Source: the human T2T-CHM13v2.0 reference genome, Homo sapiens. From it: a stretch of DNA of 64,000 bases. A program made the translations under genes and the position numbers. Location of the stretch: the NCBI RefSeq assembly GCF_009914755.1, contig NC_060929.1; one strand, given 5' to 3'. Below are positions 24,949 through 42,363 of the stretch, piece after piece. The notes under the pieces are model-generated. The model was not told where the DNA came from. It did not search any database and worked only from the letters and a program-made list of their open reading frames with translations. Position 1 is the stretch's first letter. The number at the start of each line of letters is the position of its first letter.

Positions 24949-25467
24949 TGTTGGGAACAAGCCCCCCTCCCCAAAAATCTGGCCATAAACTGGCCCCAAA
25001 ACTGGCCATAAACAAAATCTCTGCAGTACTGTGACATGTTCATGATGGCCCTAATGCCCATGCTGGAAAGTTGTGGCTTTACCAAAATGAGGGCAAGGAA
25101 TACCTGGCCCACCCAGGGTGGAAAACCACTTAAAGGCATTCTTAAGCCACAAACAATAGCATGAGCGATCTGTACCTTAAGGAAATGCTCCTGCTGCAGT
25201 TAACTAGCCCAACCTATTCCTTTAATTCAGCCCATCCCTTCTTTTCCCATAAGGGATACTTTTAATTAATTTAAGATCTATAGAAACAATGCTAATGACT
25301 GGCTTGCTGTTAATAAATACGTGGGTAAATCTCTGTTTGGGGCTTTCAGCTCTGAAGGCTGTGAGATCCCTGATTTCCCACTTTATGCCTCTATATTTCT
25401 GTGTGTGTCTCTTTAATTCCTCTAGCGCCGCTGGGTTAGGGTCTCCCCGACCGAGCTGGTCTCGGCA
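24949..25467 (+). promoter_or_regulatory. 3' LTR (MER9-type)
   Basis: TG...CA termini, preceded by the PPT. Confidence 0.93.
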
Positions 25468-26419
25468 TTCTAGAATTATATTAATGACAGTGGGATCAGT
25501 CCTGGGAGTGGCTTATGCCCTATTATGCTTTGCAGAACTAGGAGATCTTCTTGGTTTCTGAGTGCATAAGATGGTGGATACAGGAGTGGAGGTTCTGGAA
25601 GGTGTCAGTGGAAGCCAGAACCTTTGACAGTAGCCCAGGAGCTGAGAAAAATGTTTACAGAAATCTTCCCAAAAATGCTAGTGATATATGTTCATAAAAT
25701 GTATAGCCACCATGAAGGACATCGGAGTTGAAAGACACCAAAGTTGCAAATTCCTTAGAGAATTAAAGATGAATCATGTAGATAAGTAGCCTGAACTTTC
25801 TGAGACCTATGTTGTCCTAAGAATCTATTGATTCTGCACTACAATTTGCAGCAGATGATTTTGAGTAGAGCCTAATATGATGATCTTTTCTTTGCTAATG
25901 CAGATAACAATTTTCAAGTTGGCTGACTGAAATAAGAGTCAAGTAGTAGAATAGGATGCACATGGACAAATTTACATCCATAATGACCATTGTTTTGTGG
26001 AGCTCCTACTTCAGGTTTTGCTGCATTCTGTGTTCAATACATATTTATAAGAGGACTGACATTGTTATATCTTAATAAATCTTACTTCTCGAGGGATTGA
26101 TATTCCTAAATATAGTAAGAACAGTTCCAAAACAACACCTGAATAGGCTCTGTTTCAAAGATTTGCAAATGTGACTGTAACAGAGAAGAATATATAATTT
26201 CTTCCAACACCAAGAGTTAAGATTGGCTTTCATTTTACCACTAAATTTGCTTATAGGAATATATTGATTAATTTGTGTTTATCTATGGAAATTAAGTCTA
26301 TGCTATTGAGAAATTCCAGAGTATATACTCTATTTCTTTGAAAATGAATTCGCAGGAAAGGTCCTAGGGATGGACTTTCAGGGCAAGTATAAAGGTAGAG
26401 ATCAACACATGTTCAAACA

Positions 26420-26872
26420 CTTGAGTATGTACTATCAGTGCTCTGCCCACATCCCAAGGTCAATTCCATTTGCTTGTGTACTGCCTCCTTAGTGCTTTCT
26501 CTCTGGAAGGGCTGCCTTCAGGCTGCTGGAAATGGCTTTGTTTTTGTGCAAAAGGGAGCAGAGAGTGCCTGGGAATTTGGCTTCCCAGAGCCAGTCCTTA
26601 ACCAATGACTGACAGGTGCAAGGTAATAAACACTCCAACTTCCTTGCCCTTAATGGGACAGCAACCTACACTATCTCCAGAGGTCTCTGTGTAATTGAGC
26701 TAAGCTACATTCTCAAAGAGTTGGCTTGAGATCTCACCCTTGAAGAGCTTTTTTTCCTATCATGTTTCCTTTCCCCACTTCCCTACTGTTTGCTCCCTGA
26801 AATACTTCCCAGTAAATCAGTTTTATGTGAATCTGCATCTTAGGATCTGCCCCTGGGACCCCACCTCAGACA
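26420..26872 (+). mobile_element. LTR16-like (ERVL) solo LTR
   Basis: gtgctctgcccacatccc...ccttaaccaatgactgacagg...ctgggaccccacctcagaca. Confidence 0.65.
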
Positions 26873-28414
26873 CTTACCATATGGAATTGGAATTGTACTG
26901 TAGTTCTGAATACATTTTTATTCTCTGACTTTTCTCTTAGAACATTATTGCTTCTTTTTTTTCCCCACAAAAATTGCTCAATGGCCCTTTATAGGGTTTA
27001 AGATAGGCATGCACTTTAGAAAATTCATAGCACATTTTACTAAATCTCCATTTTTTTTCCTATTAGCAGGTTATTTGCTAATAAAAAGAAACTCAAGTTA
27101 TTTTTATACTTGAGAAGGGAATTCCTCTTTCTCCTTAGCATTCAGATTCGTGAATCTGCTTTGTAAACAAGTTGCTTTCTATAGCATAATTTATTTTAGT
27201 GGGTTGAAAATAATGCTAAAAATATATCTGGTATCTGCATAAAGCTATATATATAAGAAGAAAAGGGAAAAAATGAGAAGTGGGGGAAGGATGTGAATAT
27301 AGAATCTACCATGTAGCACACACTGTATATGCAATCCGAAGGATGAGAAGTGAAGGAATTTGCCCCAAGGACACACAGACAGTGACGATCCAGCCAGGGA
27401 TTTAAACCAGAACAGAATAGAAATGAGTGAAATTAAGTTCCTTTGTGTTCTAGGAAAAATAGCACTCTTACATGTTATGATAATATTACTTTTATTATCT
27501 TGATGCAAACACATCAATCTTGGTTTGATTGCTACTGGCTCATTTTCTATAGTATTTCTATAGGATTTCTTTGGCCTTTCCAGGTTTTTCCATTCTCATA
27601 GCCAAATGGCTGTGAGGTATTAGTGGACTGCTGCTACACCCTCTGCTCACTCCATTTTTGAACAGGAGGATCAGCATTGGCTCTTTTTAGTGTGGTGTGT
27701 TGTGTTATGTCTTTGTCACTAGAACACAGCTGTGGTGTCCCAATTGCTTTTTCCACAACATTAAATATTTTTTTTTATTATAGTCCTACAGGCTCTCCAT
27801 CAGTGGATGGAAAGTACCTTTTTGCCAGTTGCTATCAACACCCATTTGTTTTGGCACTTGTGTTTAGCTTAGGAGGATAGACTGATTTGTCTTTGATCCA
27901 TACACAAGCCAAACTTAGGCCTTGGACGCCTTATTCTTCATTCCCTCTTACTCACAGGAGGAGAATTGATTGATCCATGTGCTGTTTCCTTGTGACATAC
28001 ACCAGGCCCCAGAATTTGAATACTTACCAGTAGAGGGAAGGCTGTGTTCATCTACCCAGTCCCCACTCACAGAAGTAGCTGAGTGTCTCTGAATAGCTGT
28101 AGATGGCTTTCTTCTGTATGTTTTCCTCTTCTGAATATTTATGTGTCATTTATCCTCCTCAAGTCCACTATTACTTGGGCAAACTTCTAATTTCCTTGTA
28201 GCTTTCTGCTAATTTGATAATTTTGTGTTTATTTTAAATGAAATGTCAGAGTTCAGAGTTTAGAACTGGAAGCAACTTTAGAGGTTATCTAATTAAACCC
28301 TATTTAATTTGTCCAACTCATGATGTAAATTATTTCCAAATTACAAAAGTCATATGTTTTTGAGTTCAGAAAACTTTGAGAACAGAAAGGAGAAAATAAC
28401 AAAGATCATATGTA

Positions 28415-28812
28415 GATGTATTTTGCATGTGAGAAGGACATGAATTTTGGGGGCCAAGGGTAGAATGCTGTAGCTTGAATGAATCCCCTTCCAAATTCAG
28501 GTGTTGAAACTAAATGGCCAGTATGATGATATTAAGAAGTGGAGCCTTTAAGAGGGATTAGGCCATGAGGGATCCTCCCTTGTGAATAGGATTAAGGGCC
28601 ACATAAAAGAGGCTTTATGCAATGCTCCATCTCTTGCCCTTTTACCTTCTGCCATGTGAGGATGTCATAAGACCCTCACCAGACAATGAACCCGCTGGTG
28701 TACTGATCTTAAGATTCCCAGCCTCCAGAATTGTGAGAAAATAAATTTCTGTTCTTTATAAATTACCCAGTCTCAAGTATTCTGTTATAGCAGCACAAAA
28801 CAGACTAAGACA
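28415..28812 (+). mobile_element. MSTC/MSTD-like MaLR LTR with a short internal 3' stub
   Basis: The internal end tattttgcatgtgagaaggacatgaattttggggg is followed by an LTR ending ttctgttatagcagcacaaaacagactaagaca. Confidence 0.8.
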
Positions 28813-29652
28813 GTATGTAGTATTACTGTCTGGTAGTAACCGCTGCTGATATTTTGATGTATATACTTTAAAAAATATTGTATTATGTCTGTAATTTTAA
28901 AAATATTGTACAGACATTTAATTTTCTTCATTTTTTCTTTTAAGATATTTTAATTAAGTATGTTATATGGAAATGCTTACTTATTGTTAAAAATGCTAAC
29001 AATATATATACATTGAAAATTTCCCTTAATCTCTCTTCCTTGCCCATATCCCAAATCTGTTTCTTCTAGACATAATCACTGTAATCAATTTAGTCTGCAT
29101 CCCTTCATATCTATTTCCCTGTATTTACATATACATATGTACATATAAAAATATTTAGTTTTGTTTTATATATATTACGTTAATCACGTCATCATCTGTG
29201 CATTTGTCTGAAGTTTGCATTCTTCACTTATAAATGCTTTAAACATCTTTTCATATCAATCTGTCATGTAATTCAGGGTCCAGATAGAAAGCAAATGGAT
29301 CAACTCCAACTAAGTAATTTGATTGAATCTTCATAAACTAAATTTTATGGCCGTGTATAGGGAAATCATAGGCAAGTACCCTGAGATTAGTAATAATAAA
29401 GACACTCCTACCACCTCTAGACCAGAACAGGGAAGGGTGAGAGGAGGAGTTTTTGGGGAGAGGGAGAGGTTGTGAGAGACAGAAAAAGAAACAGCAATAG
29501 AGAGAGAGAGACAAAGAGAGACAGAGACAGAGTTGTGTGGAATGGGCTGCTTGGCAGGGCTGAGACCTTCAGTGGAGGGAGGCAGTCAGTCTAAACCAAT
29601 TCCACAGGGAGGGAATCAGGGAAATAAAAAGCTCTCCATCCCTTCCTTTCTA

Positions 29653-30412
<760 letters not shown>

Positions 30413-31929
30413 CCCTCTTTGATATTGGAGGGAGATTCTCATTGGCTGAACAGAGTCAGAAGCTGGAGAGAAAGGGAGTATGTTGATGCTATCCATATAT
30501 GTCAACCTTCCAAGGAACAGTATTGGCATGTTCTTATAGATTTGTTAATTCTTTCAATAAAGAATCCTCAGTGCTTCTTTATGACAGACATTGTTCACAG
30601 TCAAGGGAATAAGGTCAAAAAAGTCATTGTCCTTCAGGAGTTCATATTTTATTAGAGTTGGTGTGCCATAGAATACAAAGTATTTCCTAGCTAGCACATA
30701 CTAGAGTTTGTTAATCCATTACTGATAGGAATTTATGCTGTTTTAATTTTCTTTATTTATGCAGTGTTGCATGAATTTTCTTGTTTGTGCATCTTTCTGC
30801 ATATGTAAAAATACTTCTTTCAGGTAGATACTAAGAGATAGAATTGCTGGATTAAAAGAAATATGCATATTTAATATTAAACAGGTGGATTTAAATTACA
30901 CTTCTACTAATGGGGTGTAAGAATACTTATTTCCCCTTACTCAGCAACAGTTATCATTCTCTCAAAGTTTTGTCAATCTTTGGGAAGCAGGAATAGTTGG
31001 TAATTATTGAGTTTGAATCTTCCTGATTACTGGTGAGAATTAGAACATTTTAATGTATTTATGGCTGTCTGAATTTCCTCTTTTGTGAATTGCCTTGCCT
31101 GTTCATATGCTTTGGTTGCTCTCTCTGTCTTTTTTTTTTGAGATTCATTGTCGTTTAAATTTATTTCTAAGCATTCTTTATATATTTTATGTTTTATTCT
31201 AAGTCTTGTTCTGTTTGCTGTAGTAACACTGTTTACTCAGTGTCCCTTAGGTTGTGTTTTTGTTTGGGGCCACTCAGAATATCCTGGTGCTGGTATTCCT
31301 CCTGTGTCCACCAATGTTTGGTTGAGCTCATGTTGTAATTACTCCTGTCAATGCTTTATCTCTTTGTGACTCCTGATCTGTAATGACTGGGGGTCTATGC
31401 CAGTAGGTGGAATATACCTGTAGCTTTTCTCCTAGGAATGTAACTCCCCTGTTTTTCCTGGGTATTGCTAGTCATCCGGAGCTCATATCTGTCCTAATAC
31501 CCTGGCTAACTTGCCCCACCTCACTGCTCAAGTCTGGTGGCAGATGACTTTGCTGCTGAGGCTGGACATGGGGAGGTTGGAGAGGGGTAGGCTATCTGAT
31601 TACTCCTGCTGACAGGTCCTGACCAACCACTCTCCCAGTTGCTGATGGACCCTTCTACTCTCTCTAATTGTTTTTCTGAGCCAGATGTTCCCTGGAGTCA
31701 TTCCTGCCTTTTATGCCTGCCTTTTTTTCTGGGTGTATTATGTGTTGTAGTTTTCCATTTTCCTCTAATCCCATTTGCCTTGTGTCTGTCAGGGATTCCT
31801 CATAAATTTAAGTGCCCAAGAACACTTCTTCTTGTTTATCAGGGCTATTACAGAATTTATATATATTTTTATATTCTGTCATGACCGGAGATTTGCAGTC
31901 AGAGGAAGAAGGCTGGAGCGTGATCTAGC

Positions 31930-32100
31930 CCAGAGATTGTCAAACATTTTCTATAAAGGGCCAAATAGTAAATACTTTAAGCTTTGCAGGCAAGATGGTT
32001 TCTGTCACTACTCAACTCTGCCTTTGTAGTGCAAAAGCGGCAAATGATGAATGGATGTGGCAGTGTTCCGATCGGCCTGATTTACGAAACAGGATAGAAT
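31930..32100 (+). mobile_element. MER58-like hAT-Charlie MITE
   Basis: caaacattttctataaagggccaaatagtaaatactttaagctttgcagg...ctactcaactctgcc. Confidence 0.75.
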
Positions 32101-33095
32101 TTGAACCAAAGACCTGACCTAGATCCCTTTCCCTTTATGGAAGAGATGAAGCATCTGTGCCTAGACAAGGTTGAAATATCTGCCCTAAGCTACTCAGCTA
32201 GTGTGAATGGAAGAACTAGGTTGATCACCTCATCTGCTTACTCAGCTGTGATCTTTCCTCCACTTTGCTGTTTTTGCAGGGTTAAAAAGACTCCTAAACA
32301 GATCTCAGTTCTCCCAGAGCCTTGGAAACAGTGAAGTTACCTTCAGTTTCTTTTACTTTTTGTTCTGTGACTTAAAAGCAAATAAAGTCCAGGCTAAGTT
32401 ACTTAACTATGGCGCTCACTGCTGTTGACAAAATTATTCAAATTCTGTAAAATGTTTGAAAAGATTTGTTCTGAGCCATATATAAGTGACCAATGGCCTG
32501 TGACGCAGCCCTCAGGAGCTCCTAAGAACATGTGCCTAAGGTGGTCAGGGCACAGCCTAGTTTTAGACATTTCAAGGAGACATGAGACATCAATCAAATA
32601 CATGTAAGATTTACATTGGTTCAATCTGGAAGGGCAGGACAACTCAAAGTTGGGGGCAGGTGGGAGGGGTTTCCAGGTCATAGGTAGATTTAAAAATTCT
32701 CTGATTGGCAGTTGGTTGAAAGATTTATTATCAATAGAAAAGATTGGGTTACTACAAGGGGTTGTGGAAACCTAGGTTTTATCATGCAGATGAAGCCTCC
32801 AAGTAGCAGACTTCAGGGAGAATAGATTGTAAATATTTCTTTTCTAAAAAAAATTTTTACTTTAAGTTCCGGGATACATGTGCAGAAGGTGCAGGTTTGT
32901 TACGTAGGTATACATGTGCCATAGTGGTTTGCTGCACCTACAACTGACCTATCCTGTAAGTTCCTTCCCCTTGCCCCCCACCCCCCAACAGGCCCTGGTG
33001 TGTGTTGTTCCCCTCCCCTGTGTCCATGTGTTCTCATTGTTCAATTCTCACTTATGAGTGAGAACATGTGGTGTTTGGTTTTCTGTTCCTGTTAG

Positions 33096-33455
<360 letters not shown>

Positions 33456-33459
33456 CCTT

Positions 33460-37100
<3,641 letters not shown>

Positions 37101-37169
37101 CACTATTGTTTTGTGTGAATTTGGTCCTGTCATCATGATGGTGTCTGGTTATTTTCCACATTAGTTGAC

Positions 37170-39140
37170 GCAGTTTCTTCATAGTGTCATTGGTCTTTAT
37201 GTTTTGGTGTGTTATTGCAGTGGCTGGTATCAGTTTTTCCTTTCCATATTTAGTTATTCTTTCAGGATCTTTTGCAAGGCAGGCCTAGTGTTAACAAAAT
37301 CCCTCACAGCATTTGCTTGTCTGGAAATGATTTTATTTCTCCTTTGCTTATGAAGCTTAGTTTGGCTGCATATGAAATTCTGGGTTGAAAATTCTTTTCC
37401 TTAAGAATGCTGAATATTGGCTCCCAGTCTCTTCTGGCTTGTAGAGTTTCTGCTGAGAGGTCTGCTGTTAGTCTGATGGGCTTCCCTTTGTAGGTGACCT
37501 GGCCTTTTTCTGTGACTGCCCTTAACATTTTTTCCTTCATTTTGACCTTGGAGTATCGGGGGAAATTCAGCCAGATATCAGGAAAAATTCACCCCTGATA
37601 TTTCACGTAGGTTCTTTTCTATTTTCCCTAAGTGTTGGCTGGTCTGAGAAATAAAGGGACAAAGTACAAAAGAGAGAAATTTTAAAGCTGGGTGTCCAGG
37701 GGAGACATCACATGTCGGCAGGTTCCGTGATGCCCCCTGAGCCTTAAAACCAGCAAGTTTTTATTAGTGATTTTCAAAAGGGGAGGGAGTATACAAATAG
37801 GGTGTGGGTCACACAGGTCACATGCTTCACAAGGTAATAGAATATCACAAGGCAAATGGAGGCAGGGTGAGATCACAGGACCACAGGACCGGGGCAAAAT
37901 TAAAATTGTTACTGAAGTTTTGGGCATGCATTGTCATTAATAACATCTTATCAGGAGCCAGGGTTTGAAAGCAGACAACCCAACTGACCAAAATTTATTA
38001 GGCGGGAATTTCCTCATCCTAATAAGCCTGGGAGTGCTAAGGGAGACTGGGGCTTATTTCATCCCTACAGCTTCGACCATAAAAGACGGCCGCCCCGCGA
38101 AGCGGCCATTTTAGAGGCCTACCCTCAGGGATGCATTCTCTTTCTCAGGGATGTTCCTTGCTGAGAAAAAGAATTCAGCGATATTTCTCCTATTTGCTTT
38201 TGAAAGAAGAGAAATATGGCTCTGTTCTGCCTGGCTCACCAGTGGTCAGAGTTTAAGGTTATCTCTCTTGTTTCCTGAACATTGCTGTTATCCTGTTCTT
38301 TTTTCAAGGTGCCCAGATTTCATATTGTTCAAACACACATGCTCTACAAACAATTTGTGCAGTTAACGCAATCATCACAGGGTCCTGAGGTGACCTACAT
38401 CCTCCTCAGTTTATGAGGATGACGGGATTAAGAGATTAAAGTAAAGACAGGCATAGGAAATCACAAGGGTATTGATTGGGGAAGTGATAAGTGTCCATGA
38501 AATCTTCACAATTTATGTTCAGAGATTGCAGTAAAGACAGGCATCTTGGGGTTGATATTCTCATGGAGTATATTAGTGGTGTTCTGATTCCTGAATTTGC
38601 ATGTTGGCCTATCTTACTAGGTTGGGGAAGTTCTCCAGGGTAATATCGTGAAGTGTACTTTCCAGCTTGTTTCCATTCTCCCCTTCTCCTTCATGTACTC
38701 CAATCAATTGTAGGTTCAGTCTTTTTACGAAGTCCCATGTTTCTTGGAGGCTTTTCTTATTCCTTTCCATTCTTTTTTCTCTAGCCTTGTCTGTATGCCT
38801 CATTTCAGCAAGGTGGTCTTCAAATTGTAAAATCCTTTCTTCTGCTTGGTTTGTCCAGCTATTGATACTTGTGTATGCTTCATGAAGCTCTCATACTGTG
38901 TTTTTCAGTTTTATCAGGTCATTTATGTTCCTCTCTAAGCTGGTTATTCTAGTTAGCAGCTCCTCTAACTTTCTGTCAAGGTTCTTAGCTTCTTTGGATT
39001 GGGTTAGAACTTGCTCCTTTAGCTCAGCATAGTTTTTTATTAGCCATCTTCTGAAGCCTTCTTCTGTCAATTGGTCCATCTCATCCTCTGTCCAGTTCTG
39101 GACCCTTGATGAAGAGGTGTTGTGATCATTTGGAGGAGAA
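37170..39140 (-). pseudogene. L1 ORF1, split by a MER11 LTR
   Basis: KGQVTYKGKPIRLTADLSAETLQARRDW, NFQPRISY and coiled-coil fragments at 38609-39079. Confidence 0.9.
37554..38544 (-). mobile_element. MER11 (HML-8) solo LTR, truncated at its 5' end
   Basis: tatcgggggaaattcagccagatatc...cacgtaggttcttttctattttccctaag matches the reverse MER11 3' end. Internal gtaaagacaggcat repeats. Confidence 0.88.
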
Positions 39141-41642
39141 GAGGCACTCTGGCCTTTTGGATTCTTGGTGTTTTTTTGGTTGATTCTTTCTCATCTTTGT
39201 GAGTTTGTCTAGTTTTGGTCTTTGAGGCTGCTGGCCCTTGGATAGGGTTTTTGTGGGGCCTTATTTTTGTTTTGTGGATGCTGTTGTTGTTGCTTTCTGT
39301 TTGTTTGTTTTTCTTTCAATGGTCAGGTCCCTCTTCTGCAGGACTGCTGCAGTTTGCTGGGGGTTCACTTCAGGCCCTATTCATCTAGTTCATTCCTGCA
39401 CCTGGAGATGTCACTCAATAAGGCTGGAGAACAGCACAGATGGGTACCTGCTCCTTCTTCTGGGATCTCTGACCTTAAGGGGCACCAACCTGATGCTAGT
39501 AGGATTGCTCTTGTATATAGGGCGTCTGACAACCCCTGTTGGAGGGCCTCACCCAGTTGGGTGTTTCATGGGGAACAGGACCCATTTAATGAACTACTTT
39601 GTCTGTCCTTTGGTGGAGGGGGTGTGCTTTGCTGGGGGGAAACCCATTCATCTGGGCTGCCTGGATTCCTGAGAACTACCAGAAGGAAAGGCTAAGTCTG
39701 CTGGTCCATAGAGACTGTGGGCACCTCTCCCCATAGGGGTCAGGCCCAGGGAGATCCGGGATCTGTCCTTGAGCCTCTGGCTGGAGCTACTGGAGTTCCT
39801 GGAGGGAAGCCTGGCCCAGTGAGGAAGGATGAGTCAGGGTCAGGCCTGAAGAGGCACTCTGGCCGTGGTCTGCCACAGCTGGTGTGTTGGGCTGTGGGGG
39901 ACGTATCTTGGGACCAAGCCATCCAGCCTCCCTGGCTCCATCAGGAGAAAAGTGTAGCCTGGAGCTATAGAGATGGATGCTGCCCTTCCCCCGCCCAGGG
40001 AGTTTAGCATGTGGGAGTCCCAGTGCTGGCTGCTGCCCCTTCCCCAAGGAGCTTAAACAGCAGGCAGCTGCAGCTGTGGTGCTGGTCACCCCTCCCCATG
40101 GGAGCTTGGTATGCTTAAGCAGATTCCATCTGAGAGGCTGTTGAGAATCTGCACGGCTCCAGGGTTGGGACGCTAGGCCCTTGTAGTGTGGGTTCACTGG
40201 TGGGATCTTCCAATCCGTGGGTTGCACGGTTCTGTGGAAATAGCACAGTTTCCCTGATGGAGTAGTAGCTCACTCACTGCCTCACTTGGCTGGGGATTGG
40301 GGGGTCCCCTGCCCCATGTGGCTGTCAGGTGGGCCACTGGACCAACCTGTTCTTCCTTGCTCTCAATGGATTGTGCCAGACTCCTAGTCAGTTCTGATGA
40401 GAGAACCTGGATACCTTGGTTGCTGGTGAAGGATTCACATACTTATTATGGTTCTTTTTGATGGGAGCCTCCAAATGCCACTGTTTCTAGTTGGCTATCA
40501 TAGTCCCACCTCCTGGATTATAAATATTTCTTATCAGACTTAAGGTCTGTGCCATTGTTAATGTTGGTCAGCTTTTCCTGAATTCTAAAAGGGAGAAGGG
40601 TCTAATGAGGCATGTTCAACTCCCTCTTCCATCATGACCAGAGCAAGTTTTTCAGGTTAATTTTGGAAAGCCCTGGGCCTAAAGGAGGGTTCCATTTAGA
40701 TGGTTGGGGGGCCTTAGAATTTTATTTTTGGTTTACACTGTGAAATCATAGAACTGATAGATGTTCGATTGAGGGTAGGACTTGTGTTCGTATTTCAGCT
40801 TTTCCTTTTGTGAGCTGTGAAGAAATTTGGTGAGATTAATAGAGCTTAAATTATTTCAGCTCTTCAGAGACAAGGTTCTAGATTAAGCACAAATATTATT
40901 ACTCAATATTAGTAAATATGGTCCACAAGGGATAGAATTTGCTATCATAGTGAAAGTCATTTCTTTTTTTTTCTAGCTTTGGGGCAACAGGAAAGGGATT
41001 AAGTTTGGAATTTGGATTGAGGTTTACCTGTATTCTGCCACTTACTTACAGGCTGTGTGACCTTGAGAAAATTACTTAAACTCACTGTTTTCATCCGATT
41101 CATCCTAAAATGAGAGAAAAAAATGCCCATTTCAAGGCTTGTTTTGAATTAATTGAGATAATGTATAAAAAATTAACACATTGAAAAACATCATAAAAGT
41201 AGAAGTTATTAGTATATAGATTGAGAATAGAAACCCTGATACAAGTAACAAATTAGTACAATTGCTGTTGTTACTTGAAATGCAAAGAATAGGGGAATAT
41301 AACTGAAACAGTATACTCAGGAACGTGTTAACTAGTAAGGCTGGGTTACATTTAGTAGGAAAATAATGTTAATTTATTTCTGTTGAAATTTTATTGTTCC
41401 CAGGGGCTTTATTTCAAGTTAATGCATCTACTTTTAATCTTCTTACAATTATCTAGGATAATAAATTAAACATTCTTTCCACCTCATTTAAATGAGGTAT
41501 TTAAATGAAGTATCTCATTTAAAAATGTACCTGTATAAAACAGCCTTACTTGCTTTAGATCAGAGGAATGAGATAGTGAAGTTAATTTCATCTTTTGTTT
41601 AACAAAGTCATTCTTCATGCTCTTTCTTTCCTTCAAAAAGAG

Positions 41643-41895
41643 GCAGTAGGACATTGTGGTCAGAGTGTAGCCTTTGAATCTGGGTTACTTGGGTTTGAAT
41701 TCCAGGATGCCAGTTACCAGCTGTGTCACTCTGGACAAGTTGCTTAACTTCTGTGTATCTCAGTTTCCTTATCCATAGAATTGGGATAATCACAATCCAT
41801 ATCTTCTAGGTTGTTTTAAGAGTTAAAAGTGTCACTGTAATAAAGAATTTAGAGCAGTGCCTGGCACTTAGTAAGGGCTCACTAAATATTAGATA
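41643..41895 (+). mobile_element. MIR SINE
   Basis: MIR core tgtgtcactctggacaagttgcttaacttctgtgtatctcagtttccttatccatagaattgggataat. Confidence 0.85.
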
Positions 41896-41901
41896 TTATT
41901 A

Positions 41902-42190
41902 TCATTATTATTTTGAGACATAGTCTCACTCTGTTGCCCAGGCTGGAGGGCAGTGTGTGAACATGGCTCACTGCAGCCTCGTACTCCTGGGCTCAAGCGA
42001 TCCTCTCACCTTAGCCTCCCAAGTAGCTGGGATTACAAGTATCCCCGTCTAATTTTTGCTTTTTTTTTTTCTGCAGAGATGGGGTTTCACCATGTTGCCC
42101 TGGCTGGTCTTGAACTCCTGAGTCAAGTGATCAGCCTGTCTTGGCCTCCCAAAGTGTTGGGATTACAGGCATGAGCCACTGCACCTGGCC
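41902..42190 (-). mobile_element. AluJ-type element
   Basis: Antisense Alu with TSD agatatta(t/c)ta. Confidence 0.9.
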
Positions 42191-42363
42191 AGATATTACT
42201 ATTTATTTACAACACTTTGCCAAACATGGCACTAGAGGTCTAAGAGACCTCATCTGTGTGTTAAGAGTGCAAAATTAGCAGATCAAGGATTTTAAGAATG
42301 TATTCTACTCTGAATAATATAGGGAGAAATAGTTGGAGGTAGTTAGAGGTAAAGTGCATCTGA

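Larger units (their letters stand above)
20772..25467 (+). mobile_element. HERV-K(HML-3)/HERVK9 provirus with two MER9 LTRs, internally deleted (4.7 kb)
   Basis: LTRs 20772-21284 and 24949-25467 (tgttgggaacaagccccc...gtctcggc). 6-bp TSD tcctag/ttctag, PBS-like tggcgtcca at 21287, PPT aaagaagggggaca at 24935-24948. Betaretroviral gag-dUTPase/pro-pol-env remnants. Confidence 0.95.

Noticed and set aside
39238-40227. Several 100-146 aa ORFs
   Set aside because: They fall in the L1 5' UTR and are not host genes.
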